DNA of 64,000 nucleotides from Phoronis australis (taxonomy: Eukaryota > Animalia > Phoronida), in the NCBI GenBank assembly GCA_002633005.1, contig NMRA01000288.1, positions 384,300-448,299 on the forward strand. The letters run 5' to 3'. Made by a program: the position numbers and the translations under genes. This document shows, in pieces, positions 13,501 to 25,900 of the stretch (position 1 is the stretch's first letter; each line of letters starts with the position of its first letter). The notes beneath the pieces are model-generated. The model had not been told where the DNA came from and made no database searches. It saw nothing but the letters and a program-made list of their open reading frames with translations.

Positions 13501-16500
13501 TTCCAAATTCAAAGTCGCGTTTGGAAATCTTGAGATTACACAAGCTTTATCTCCATTTTACTTCAATTAATAAATGTTTCTAGTATTTTTAGTACAACTG
13601 CAGCTGTTATGGATCCTTTAATATTCAACAAAAATTGACGCATGACTGCTGTGTTTCAACACTGACAAAAATGGCTTTCTGAAATTAATTAATTCAAAAT
13701 GTAGATTTTCAAGAATTCATCCTTTGTGTGTGACTCTACTGATACCCACCTATTCCAAGATTGCCTCTGAGCTTGCTCAGTATGTCACTATTGAACACCT
13801 GACTGACCATACCCATACCCTTGTGGTGAAAGTATTCGTGTCGGCCAGCATTGTTACCATATGTCGTCACGATTCCCGCGCTCTCCTGACCCCTGTAAGG
13901 AAATAGTGGTTAAAGGGGCTATAAATTCACTTTCTCACATGACCACGAATGTGTTACAAAATGACTGGTTAATAACACTGAGTATGTAATACTTTTGACA
14001 TTACATGGGCGAAACACAAAGTAGTGCAAAGCAGAAATCCAGACGCCTTACATTTTATTGTTTGCAAAACACTAAAACAACCAAACGCGCGCCAACCAAA
14101 CAATGCCGGAATTCCGTGAAGGTTACAAGGTTATGATTGACAAATTGGTTGTCGCAACTGTACCTACTCCCAGTCAGAAGGACATGCAGACAACTTCTTA
14201 AGCAGACCCATCTTCGGCGACGAATACCAAATCCATGTTCATTCAAGAAATGCGGTGCTGTCGCAAGGACAATTCAGTACTCACGCGTGGAAGCCCTGCT
14301 AGCTGTTATTTATAAACCTTTGTTACGGTTTAATATTACAACTTCAAAGACCATTCATTAGATTCTAACTCAAATATTGTTACGAAAGCTGAATGCAATT
14401 TACAATTGTTAAGTTTAAAATAATTAAAACTAATAACAAAAAGTAACTGAGTTTACTTTACAAGCATGTTGTTACAAAAGTGGCGTCATGTGGTTGAAAG
14501 TTTTAGACACGTCGAGTTTTTCGGCAAAAAAGATCGTTTTTACAGTTCATGTGAGAAAACAAATCCTACGCTCGTCTCTGGTTTACGACATGAGCAAAAC
14601 CTCTTGGAAATTTTGTCAAAATCCCTTGGCAAGCCTTGGGATTTTGACAAAATTTCCCATCGGTTTTGTCCATGTCGTAATTAATCTGAGACTCACGTAG
14701 GATTTTCTATTTATGTTTTAATTTTGAACACTTATCATTAAGAAATTGGTATCAAACTGTTCTCAATTCAAAATGGCGTGATTTATGGGCTTGGAATGAA
14801 CTGGCAATTCCTTATTGCTCAAGATGAGGCTATACAAACTGGCTCGTCCTGGCGTCATGTTATTCACATGGTCTCGAAGAATAGCAAACTGTCAGATCTT
14901 TCCAAGACTTAAAATAACTTCTACAAATATTGTTTCAATTTTGAACGTCCACTCCAAGAGTTTTTGTTAAATGGACGTTATTGGTGAGAAAAGATTTCTT
15001 GTGATCAGCGTCAACGTGGAATCAGACTCACGGTAGTAGAGCCCCTGCAGACACAGCCTAGAGCATTCTGCTGATGGAGCTACAAAATCCCACTCGAGAA
15101 ATGGCAGTATTTTAACCATAATTTAATGGCAGCGACATCGGTCTAGATTTCAGTGAATGTCTGACAGACAACGGCATGAATTGGTGATTTGTAATAATTT
15201 AATGGTAGAGACACCGGTCTAGATTTCAGTAAATGTCTGACAGACAACGGCATGAATTGGTGATTTGTAATTATAATTTAATGGTAGAGACACCGGTCTA
15301 GATTTCAGTGAATGTCTGACAGACAACGGCATGAATTGGTGATTTGTAATAATTTAATGGTAGAGACACCGGTCTAGATTTCAGTGAATGTCTGGCAGAC
15401 AACGGCATCAATTGGTGTTTTGTAATAATTTAATGGTAGAGACACCGGTCTAGATTTCAGTGAATGTCTTACAGACAACGGCATGAATTGGTGATTTGTA
15501 ATAATTTAATGGTAGAGACACCGGTCTAGATTTCAGTGAATGTCTGACAGACAACGGCATGAATTGGTGATTTCTAATAATTTAATGGTAGACACCGGTC
15601 TAGATTTCAGTGAATGTCTGGCACACAACGTCATCAATTGTTGATTTGTAATAATTTAATGGTAGAGACACCGGTCTAGATTTCAGTGAATGTCTGGCAG
15701 ACAACGGCATGAATTGGTGATTTGTAATAATTTAATGGTAGAGACACCGGTCTAGATTTCAGTGAATGTCTGACAGACAACGGCATGAATTGGTGATTTG
15801 TAATAATTTAATGGCAGCGACACCGGTCTAGATTTCAGTGAATGTCTGGCAGACAACAGCATGAATTGGTGATTTGTAACAAAATTACAAAAACAACAGA
15901 TTTAGTTGTTTTACATATCTAGGCAAAGCTAAGTGAACCCCATCCAACAATAAAAAAATCCCATAATGCAATTTGACTGTAAAACTGACACGAGTGTCAG
16001 TTGTAATGTCTGTACATAGAAATTTGTTTTCTAGAGCAGCTAAGTACTAAGCAGAGTGGACAGCAGGCCTTCACCTAGAGGGAGTCCAAGGTGTCCACAC
16101 TGACAATCTAACTCAAATTTAGACATCCCAGCTAGGACTCCCTGTTCAGCAACTGGAAGCCCAAGTGAAGTAAACATAGGTCTCTTAACTTGCCAACAGC
16201 AGCTCTGGGAACTCAACGGCCTGACAAGAATGAACATGTTGGTATAAAACTGATGTAAGATATGACCAACTTTATTGCAAAACCATATCTCGATCCACAG
16301 TAACATACAACACTATGCAAGAGGAGCGCAGAGCATTGAAATGCACCCACGACTGCACCACAAATGGTGTGCTTCTAGGGGTGTTTATTTCTAGCATAGA
16401 AAATGGCCATTAGATGGCACACTGAAGCCAAGCAAAAATGGGAAGGTATCGTCGTCCTTTAAAACTATTAGCCAAATTTCATGAAAATCCATCAAAGAAT

Positions 16501-19379
16501 CAACTTAAGGCAAACGTAAAAAATGCTCTTAGGAACCACAGCGGTACAGTCAAAACCATCCAACTGCTGACAAGTTTAAAGGGAATACTATTGCAAAATT
16601 TCAAAAACATCTTGCAAGGGGTTTAGGATATACAGCCGTAGATGCAAAAAAATATTACTTGGGGGCACCACAGTAATTGGATATGTTTGAAAATCCACGT
16701 CAATAAGCTCTTGTCAGTACAAACACATCTGCCAATTTTCATAATGATTTTCTGCGCGGTTTGGCAGATACAGAAGGAGACAACAAAAACAACTAAAAAA
16801 TAATTAAAATAGCCACTAGTTGGTGCAGAATATGTCAATTAAATCCATCCCAAAAGGGAAGGTGCTGTCATCTTCATAACAGAAACTTGTTAGCCAAATT
16901 TCAAAACTGCTACTAGGAGGAGCCACTGTAGTCGGTCGATGGTGGGGCGGATGCCACAAACCAGGCTTAAAAACAGTAAAAATGGACACCATGTGGCGCA
17001 AAATACCTCAAATCTATCCAAAAATGAGATGGTAACGTAGAACATTTCACTGATAGATACCTATTTGCAAAATTTTATGAAAATCCGTTGTTGATGACCT
17101 TTGAAGATACAGAGGTAAATGTAAAAAAAACAAAATTGTCACTAGGGTGCATAGTGGTAGTCCCATCCATCCAAAAGTTTGCTCATGACGTCCTATCCAT
17201 GAAAGTTCATGAACATACAACAAAGGGTTTTGGAGATAGAGCAGCTGTCAGACGGACACCGGACGGATGCCAGGTGGACAAACAGCCGAATGTCCATGTA
17301 ATGCGCCCATAAATAAATATGTGGGTGCCCACATAAAAATGCTGTCATGCATTATTGGTCATGGGAGCCCTAAGAAATTGGGAAACCCATTTCGGACACC
17401 CTATTTTTGAAATCCTGGACAAACCCCTGGTGTAAACCAATGCAAACTCTAACCTCAAGGGTCTTCATTAAAGATCATTACATGTTATTGTATATCGTGT
17501 TTCCTCAACTAGCAAATCGCTCATTACATAAGTTTGCTCCCTGATCTTGAGCATCAGCAAGGGAGCACATTCTTATTAACAAAATCTTTTTTTCTCAATA
17601 ACAATAACTCGATGAGCTGTAGACCTTTTCAGTTCTCGGGATCAACAATTCAGTTCTTACAAACTCCGTACTTTTCTCATTGGCCACATTTTGTTTTGCC
17701 GTTGACAAGAGGCACTCACTGTAAACATGTGCATGTCACAAATCGTGCTGCTTTCTATTGATTCAATTTTAAACAAGAGAAACGTAAGGTGTTGAAATAT
17801 GCCCATGACTACAGCAAAAGGTATGCTTCTAGGGGTGTTCATTGGAATCGTGTGTATAAAAACTTAAAGTCACAAGGATAAAATAAAATTTCAACTGTTC
17901 CGACATATTTCGTTCTAATTTGAGTAATGTACTCTATATTTCGGCATGTCAAGGATGTTATGTTTCTAACTAAGTGACTCTTTTCTTGTGTTTTTGAGGA
18001 CCGTGTTCTTATCTGAAAAAGATAACATTTCTGTGACTTTGGGAACCAATATACAGTCCAAGAGTGGGTGCAGAATCTCATCGACAAGCCTTGGTATTTA
18101 GCCAAATATCTATAATAATGTAGATTTTATCTTCGTAAAAGTTAATACTTTTTGAAAATGGAAAGTTAATTTTTTACCTTACACCGATATGTGCCATTAA
18201 TTGGGACACATGTCTTTTAGTAAAATTTAGCACAAAAGAAAGATACATCAGATCCATAATAGAGTTTGTTGTCTAAGACAGTTGGTCTCCCATTATAGCC
18301 TTGACACAAACCTGTGAGGAGCAGAACTACCCTGGCTGTGTGCAATTTCAAGGTCTGTAAAGAGCTGAACATGCAGCTGTATTTTGAATAGTCTTCATAC
18401 AGCTAGCTGGTTGGCTATAGCAATGGGCTATATAGCTCATTGGCTATAGTCTCCCGGCTGTGCTGAGAATTTTAGTCAGTTGTAAGCTTGTAGGTACCAG
18501 GTAGATGTAATAAAACAATGCTTGTTTCAATTTCCACTTTGTGCAGCAAGGTAACCAGCCTTTAGAAAATTGAAAAATGACCATTTTGGAAATTACCTTT
18601 GCGCGAAATAACTGAAGATAAGTATAGGCTACCATACTCCAATAGTTCAAAATGTAGAACAGTTTTAAAAACACCTCTGATCTGAAGATTTATGTTGTTG
18701 GAAAAAGAAACTTTTTGTGGGAATTTGAGGGCATGTTCCTTCACTGGGAAGCTTAACCCTTTAGGCCTACCGTAGCGTGCAGAAGGGGGGCGGGGGGAGG
18801 ACAATAGGGCAACAGCCCCGCGCATCCACATCAGGGCATCCAATCAATATGAATTTTTTACTTATTTGTAGTTACATTTCCTAGTTAAATTGAATAAAGT
18901 AAAGTTTCTGTTTTACATTTCATCTTTTTGTTTTTTTTAGTATTAGGGACCATGCATAGAGCAGGCATTACCATATCTCTGGCGGCACGCCACTGACTTC
19001 ACCTTTGAAAGCACTCTGATCTCTAGAACATGGGTTTCAGCTGCCCCTGCCTCAAAAGCATTACGGAGTACCTTCGGGATTACATAACAATGCATTCACA
19101 TGGACCCCCAGCATGCCCAGCGGTCATGAGCTACACTCGTGCTAGCCAGCCAGATAGCTGTATGAAGACTGTCGTCAAAATACAGCTATATTTATATACA
19201 GCCAAGGCTACACTCGTGCGTGAATAACATGAACAGTGGCTGATTGTAACTTACCGGTGCTGTAACCCAAGCAGTCCTAAGCTTATTATGTTGGCCACGT
19301 CCAATTCGGTTGGCCACTTTCCTGCTGCAACGCAGCCAAAAACACCACAAGCTTCATTTAAACCAGAGTCATCGTCCAT
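4455..19379 (-). CDS. PPAT: Amidophosphoribosyltransferase (glutamine PRPP amidotransferase), 11 coding exons, ~496 aa
   Basis: Exons 19255-19379, 13750-13892, 10029-10162, 9168-9280, 8594-8727, 7866-7970, 7311-7439, 6828-6955, 6113-6334, 5510-5630, 4455-4591. All GT-AG and phase-compatible, summing to 1491 nt. Motifs: propeptide then CGVFG (Ntn Cys), [46 protein letters not shown] (PRPP loop), [11 protein letters not shown]. Confidence 0.97.
4663..4755. mobile_element. Short hairpin MITE-like element; related copy at ~8374-8467
   Basis: TCACTTACAGGA..TTTTGAGAACCAGTT / AACTGGTTCTCAAAA..TCCTGTAAGTGA inverted arms. Confidence 0.55.
5510..5630 (-). CDS. PPAT: PPAT coding exon 10
   Basis: [29 protein letters not shown]. 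Confidence 0.95.
6113..6334 (-). CDS. PPAT: PPAT coding exon 9
   Basis: [13 protein letters not shown]...[11 protein letters not shown]...GAKE. Confidence 0.96.
6828..6955 (-). CDS. PPAT: PPAT coding exon 8
   Basis: [42 protein letters not shown]. Confidence 0.95.
7311..7439 (-). CDS. PPAT: PPAT coding exon 7
   Basis: EIVEVSRTG...[20 protein letters not shown]. Confidence 0.95.
7866..7970 (-). CDS. PPAT: PPAT coding exon 6
   Basis: [25 protein letters not shown]. Confidence 0.93.
8594..8727 (-). CDS. PPAT: PPAT coding exon 5
   Basis: [28 protein letters not shown]. Confidence 0.93.
9168..9280 (-). CDS. PPAT: PPAT coding exon 4
   Basis: [38 protein letters not shown]. Confidence 0.93.
10029..10162 (-). 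CDS. PPAT: PPAT coding exon 3
   Basis: [37 protein letters not shown]. Confidence 0.95.
13750..13892 (-). CDS. PPAT: PPAT coding exon 2
   Basis: [12 protein letters not shown]...[11 protein letters not shown]...GNLGIG. Confidence 0.95.
15118..15879. repeat. Minisatellite, ~76-bp unit, 10 copies, in PPAT intron 1
   Basis: Unit TAATAATTTAATGGTAGAGACACCGGTCTAGATTTCAGTGAATGTCTGACAGACAACGGCATGAATTGGTGATTTG, head-to-tail without spacers. Confidence 0.95.
16317..17339 (-). mobile_element. Non-autonomous Helentron/HINE-like element (same family as 26324-28076)
   Basis: On the minus strand: TTTTTATG start, short hairpin, (GTCC)-like microsatellite, degenerate internal repeats containing CTAGTGGC, and a 3' end GCATTTCAATGCTCTGCGCTCCTCTTG. 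Confidence 0.65.
19255..19379 (-). CDS. PPAT: PPAT coding exon 1
   Basis: [42 protein letters not shown], donor GTAAG. Confidence 0.95.
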
Positions 19380-19940
19380 TTCTACTGGAATTGTTTGTTC
19401 TTTCTTTACACACTGTTGACATCAATGAGCCATACCGGTAACTCAGAACTGAGACAGACAATTTTCGGGAGATCTAACAGAGAAAATTAATCGAATATAA
19501 ATGAAATCTATGAATTAATGTTCACACGTTTCTACTAATTTTATAATATTTAATGTGTGTTGATGTAGCGAATCTGTATTTTCAAGAGCACAGTTAGTTT
19601 GGATGCATTAGATTTGAAATCTCCAACAAAGTGTTGTCTCCCTAGAAATGATAGGAACTTGTACCGTACTTGTACCAAAATAACCTTGTATTCATACAAC
19701 CATGTGTTAGTTTAAGTACGCGAATAAAAACTTTAAAATGCACCTAGTCGAATTTAAAAAACAATTCAAATGTCTTTAAAATATTTGCGTCATAAGAAAT
19801 GAAGTGCTTGATCCCTTTGAGCAAATTTACTAGGAACTATTTTTAAACGCCGCTTGATTTTTTGAGAGAAATGTTTCATTCATAAACAAGACTTTCACCG
19901 GAGAGGACAGTTGGTTGCATTGATCTGTCGCACTTTGACA
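19380..19940. promoter_or_regulatory. Shared bidirectional promoter / 5' UTR region of PPAT and PAICS
   Basis: 561 bp between divergent ATGs (19379 minus, 19941 plus). Contains a CRE-like TTGCGTCAT near 19785; a YY1-like CGCCATCTT lies just downstream near 20122. TSSs cannot be determined from sequence. Confidence 0.75.
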
Positions 19941-19980
19941 ATGATGGAAATTCCTGAAAAGAAACAAAAAATGGAAACCG
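19941..19980 (+). CDS. PAICS: PAICS putative coding exon 1
   Basis: ATG ATG GAA ATT CCT GAA AAG AAA CAA AAA ATG GAA ACC G|GTGAGT: strong donor, phase 1, matching the exon 2 acceptor (G|AC = Asp). Confidence 0.75.
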
Positions 19981-22900
19981 GTGAGTATTATAGCTATTAT
20001 TCAATATAGTCGCCGTGGTTTTCCTGTTGCGCGTTTATAGGCCGTTGTAGATGAAAAATGTTCGATTGTCACCGAGTTGGTTGCAGTCCCACGTGTTTTT
20101 GACCGGGTTTGCGTGGAGATACGCCATCTTTTGGCCAGACATGAGAACATAAACAAGTACCAATCTCAGTAGTAGCAATTTCAGTCGCAATCACTGCAAA
20201 AGTTAAGCTATTCACTGTTAGAATTTTCTCAATAAAACGCCCTAGCGCAGAGAGACACCAGGAGGCTAACTAGTTGGCAGATGAAATGTTTATCTATTGA
20301 AGTATTCAAAAATGTTCATATTATTGGACCCTGTCCTTTGTCAGGAAAGCTTGAATTTAGCGAGTCTGGATATGGTTTCAGAGGTGAAAACTGTCTCTAT
20401 GTGAAACGCTTTAATACGATGACTTACGGATGTAACTCAATCTCCCATAAAGGTACTTTGCTGTGGAACTCATTGCCATCAGTAATGAGACAATGTACTA
20501 CCTTAAATGAATTTGCCACTCTTGCTCATGACTTTTTCTCTGAGATCTGCCATGTCGTGAACACATCCACTAAAACAAGAAACTGTAGGAACACCGCATT
20601 TATCCACCTTCACTCTTATCAGACTTCTATTGTGAGTCAGCATGCGTGAATAATTGGCTGATGAGCTACCTCTGGAACTACTTTGGGCTGAATGGATGAC
20701 CAGGCCATAAAATGATAATTAGCCAAGACCAGTTACTATAATGCAACAAAGAACAAGTAATAATGTCTTGCATCACCTAGCCTTGGTGGAAAGCTGTATA
20801 CTGTATTGGCTCAAACAAACGCTTAGAAAAATTCATTTCACGGGGAGGGGACGCTTATTGTAGTGAGCCTACGGCAGTTGAAACCCGGTTTCCCAAACGG
20901 GTAAAATCGGAAGCTAGGATTCATCAAATTTACGCTCTGTGACGTATTTGTAGCCTATGACAGCCTTTCTACAAAATTGTGGTGCATTGCTATCAACTTC
21001 CGTTGTTAAATTACGATAATTTTTCAAAAAATTGTGCTCATCACAGGGCGAAAACTTGCCGACTGATGCGTCGCTGAATCGCGNTTGGCGGTGTGTTTAA
21101 TTTCTTCCATCTCAAACAAATACTCCCGTTATCGAACTTTTTGTTCGAACAGTCACTCGTTCAGTTCCCAAAATCGTGAACTCACCATTTTTATACTGCG
21201 CACGCTCCAATTTTTACCGCGCTCGCTAGGTGATGTGAATTCATGACCTCAATCTTTAAATAGGCCAAAGGTGAGCCATTGTGGTCTTGTCAGTCGAATG
21301 TTCGTTTCCAAAATGCCACCACTACTTGTCTTCAATTGACGTTACTTGAAACTGATTGTATTTCAATAAATTATTGTTTGTATTTGATAAAAATAAATGC
21401 TGTTGATATGACATTTAGTAGTCTTTGTGCACATATTTGACATGTTAATGTTTAACAACACGGCAAATGCACGGCTGGTTCTCGGCAGCACGTACGCAAA
21501 GGGCGGGAACTTCAGCTTTCAAAGTTCGCCAATAGGACCGCAACTTTTGACCTTCGGCCTGGTTAAAAGAATGAGTATGTCATATCTTTTGGCGTGCGCC
21601 GAGTGAAAATGTTGAGTTCACGATTTTGGGAACTGAAATAGGGACTTCTCGAAGAAAAAGTTTGATAACGGGAGTATTTGTTCGAATTGGAAGGAATTAA
21701 ACACATCGACAACCTCCTAATGTGTTCCTCTATGCGCAAAAGGTATTTATAACAACGTGACTTTGATGTTTTAGTCGGTGCGAAGCATAATTCACTGAAA
21801 AGCTTCCGGCGTATGGAGCGCCTATAGGAGCTGCATCGCCTCTGGGGCCAACAGAGGCGATGGTCATTGCCAAATGTCAGAGTAGCCAGTCAATACTCAT
21901 TCATTACTAGAGAGCTTCAGCTACCCGTTAAGCGTGAATGAGTCACAGTTTCATACGAACTGGGGCAAAAATGCAGAAAAAAGTTTGGTATTAATTCACA
22001 GTCTCAGTCATTACTGAGCAAAACTATTTCTTGGATAGCTAAAATTTCTAAAAATGTTAAAAAGTTGCAGAAATTAGCACTTGAAACTGGTGTTGTGCAC
22101 ATATACAAGATCAGCTGTCTTCACATTGTTATTGTACTTGTGACAAGACTGAATGTGAAGAGTTGACTTTGTGTGCTAGTACACAAAGAATGCCAACCTC
22201 ATGAGTTCATGTTGAACACGTATAAGTCAAAGCTCTTTAGTATGCTTAGCCTTGGGGAAACTTACCAAGTGTTATGGGGAATTAGTCACCCTTCTGTATG
22301 CCACTCTAATAGGTATCTAGATCACTGGAATCCCTACGTTTCAGTGATTGTTTCTTGTAAGACCGGAGGGTTCACAGTTACAAACTGCACAGATCTGTGT
22401 TAACGTTATTCCATTGTCTCACCTACACGTCCTTTCTCACTGCTTCTGCAACCATAGCCTTGGTGAAAGCTGTATAAATAAACGGCTTTGCATCGAGGTG
22501 GGTAAAAAATGTAACATAAAGTTAATGTCATTAAAACTTCACTCATCTTTGCGTGAACTTAATTAGTTACCTTTGCTAAAAAATTGACTTTCTGCCATTA
22601 TTCTGCTGCTAAATTTATTGAGCTATATCATTCGTTGACTTTCTGCACCGTGTAATACGGAGTCCCTTATTGGCCAATATCTGTTTTCACTCGTTCTTCA
22701 ATCAACTTCATCCACAAATCAGTGCTCATGTCACAGCAAATAATTGGTATTGGTTTCATTTCGCTATACGTTTTTAGTAGTTTGTTATCAGCTAATTGAA
22801 TTTCTAGGCAGATATTGTTTACTGAAGTTGTCATCATCTCCTGAAAGATGTTTCAATAAAATTTGAGTGATGGTCCTTGCGTGTATCATGACAGTACGGT

Positions 22901-25900
22901 TTTGAAATGGACGAGAGACTTCGTTGTTATAACAGCTGGAGAGTTATGCAAAAAATGACAATTTATTAGATTGTTTTCCACTGAATTAGCTCTAACGGGC
23001 AATGAGGCAAGGTGAATGTCGCTTGACTCCCAGATTTTGCGTACACCCCGCCAGAAGCAGAACTGCCCAGGCAGGCGGTATGAAATTTTAAGGTTCTTGT
23101 GAGCACACAGCGGTTCCTAGTTGTATTTTAATATTAGTCTTCTTACAACTAACTGGCTTGCTGTTGTTGAAAAATCCACTGTGGTGGTTCTGGGGGTGCT
23201 TAACTCTCCTTCTGTCTCTCGAGTCTTGAGTGTGAATCTCTGGGTCAAGGATCTTGCCTTGGTTAGGCATCACTTAAAACACCTGTCCGCTACTGGTATT
23301 GAACACAGGCCATTGGCATACAAGTCTCGCTCCTCTCCTTCCCCATTCACTGCTAAGTGCCCTGTGGTTACCACACATTTCANGTACATGAAATTACAGC
23401 TCTGAAACACCAGTTTGGAGTTGAGCAAGGTCCATGTCCCTATATAAAGTAGAGAATGGCAATGGCATGTGAGTTTATTGAAAGCAGACACTCTGGCAAT
23501 CAACCACGTGCTAATGATTGACAGGTCTACCAAATAGTTTGAATATTGCAACATTTTAAACACTTTGTATATTTCTTTCCCAGTTGAAAGGGCCATCTTC
23601 GTGCTTTGATTAACTGGGAGTCTTAGTAATTTTTCAATGTGGGTGTCCAAACTAGAGAAATTCTGATTGACAGGGCGTCCAAATGATACATTGGGCGTCC
23701 TTGCCAGGGCGTCTACGTTAGTGCTAGGGCGTCCATTTGGACGCCCAGGACGTACGCTGCATGAAGGCCTGTCTGGGGGTGCTTAACTCTCCTTCTGTCT
23801 CTCGAGTCTTGAGTGTGAATCTCTGGGTCAAGGATCTTGCCTTGGTTAGGCATCACTTAAAACACCTGTCCGCTACTGGTATTGAACACAGGCCATTGGC
23901 ATACAAGTCTCGCTCCTCTCCTTCCCCATTCACTGCTAAGTGCCCTGTGGTTACCACACATTTCAGCCCCCAGCCTGCAAATTCATTCGATGTCTATGTA
24001 GTTATTGCTAAAACAAAATGTGGTTTGATAGTGCAATTCCCCACCTGTCATCACCCCTCATTTGGCAATGCCCCACCTTGTCAAATCTGACAGCTTTTAG
24101 TGATTTTAACCATGTGGGGAATTTTTTAATCATTTGGAGTAAATTTGTAGGCCTGATGATGAAAATTTCGGGTGATTGTTAAATACCTTTCATAGTCGCT
24201 CTGCGACTCCAAAATTCTAGGCATGGAATGCCCTGAAAATGGAATTTTCATCACTTGGTCTAATCTCCTCTAGTTGTTAAGGTTTGGCATTCCTCCTCTG
24301 CTGTGTGGTCACATGGTGTGTTTTTGTTGCAGACGATATTGTCCTTGGCGATAAAGTCATTGAGGGAAAGACGAAGATTGTGTATGACCTTCCAGATCAT
24401 CCAGGCGACGTGCTGATCCAATCCAAGGATAAAATTACAGCCGGAGATGGGGCTCGGGCCAACGAACTAGAGGGCAAGGCTGCCATATCTACTTCGACGG
24501 CTTCGAGGGTTTTTGAACTTCTGAAAGTAGCAGGTAAGGCCACCCTTAAGATATTGGTTTCCCCGGATTCCTTTTCTTTATTGTCTCTGCTCTGAAATTA
24601 GTTTGTCAATATGTAATAAAGAATATTTTGCTTCTCATTGTCAGAATGCACTTTGCTGTAAAATGTATGCAATAGTTACTGAAAGGAATAATCCTTTTGT
24701 TAGATGTTTAATTGAATATTGTATATCGCTCACGTTTAACAGTTGGTCATGTGTGAAGACTCTTAACTTCATTTTAAGGCTGCATTTTGTTTATCTAGTA
24801 AAAGATACGAAAATCGAATTATGCTTTTTTACTCTAATAAAATCGGCCTCACAATATTCGTTACCATAATGTCCATTACGGAAATGGTATCCTATCACAA
24901 AAAGAAATGTTACGAGACCCTTCTTATGAAGATAAAAGTTTGATTTGATTTAGATTTGTTTTTTAGCTAGCTCAACGGAGTGAGGTGCAGCTTTCTGTTC
25001 ACTCAATTTCTTGACATTACTTTTTTGTAACAATTGGCTGCTTATGATTTTTTCTTGTAACAAAAAGATTGAGAAGCCGTGTGGGCAACAAACAGTTGAA
25101 CTTCCATGTTTCTATTTTTTTATAATTGTTTTCAGCTGCTGATTACCTGAAACTTGCCGTATAAGTGGTTGTCAAAACCACAGGAAATTTGTCAACAAGT
25201 TGAAACGCGTTTGATGTTTGCATGCATGAAGTTAAATCTAAGATTTTATGTGACAAACATAAGATACAGTGGTGGCTCAACCATTCACGGAGTCTAGCTT
25301 GTGGGAATGCACATCGTTAATCACTGTTTGATCAGGAAAAGGTTAATTATTAAATTTACTATAAATCAAAACCTGTTTAGGATTGGAATTCTTGTGATAC
25401 ATTGGCTGCGTTTTTGAATACTTGCGTGCAATAGTTAACATGTTCAAAATCCCTGGGCTGGAGGGTTACTCTCATCCAAAATGAAAGTATGCCTCCTCCA
25501 ACAAAATTCCCTACAAAAGGCTGCCTTTCCAACTTCAGTTCTTTACGAACTACAGAAACAATCGTTAGTTGAACTAATACTTTTGTGTGGAAGTTTTTAA
25601 AACTTGTTGCAAAAAATTACTCATTTTGGGCATTTCTTGCTTTCATACTGGCTTAATTGGTTTTGAAAGACAGTTAATCAGGAATCCCTACAAAAGGTTG
25701 AGCCAATTAAATAAAAAGGGAGTTTATGGAACAAAACTCTAACAAAAGTATGACCTTTTTAGTGAAAGATCTCTGCAAATGTTTTGCATATCCTCAGTTC
25801 TAAATGGGTGGGTAATCTAATTTTCCGGTTGTACCCCCCTCCAAAAAAAGAAAGAAGTCTAGTACCCCTAGTCATAGTCACCATGTGGAATGTATTTCTG

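Noticed and set aside
15118-15879. CRISPR-like array
   Set aside because: Units are contiguous near-identical 76-mers with no unique spacers, no cas genes, and the context is a eukaryotic intron.
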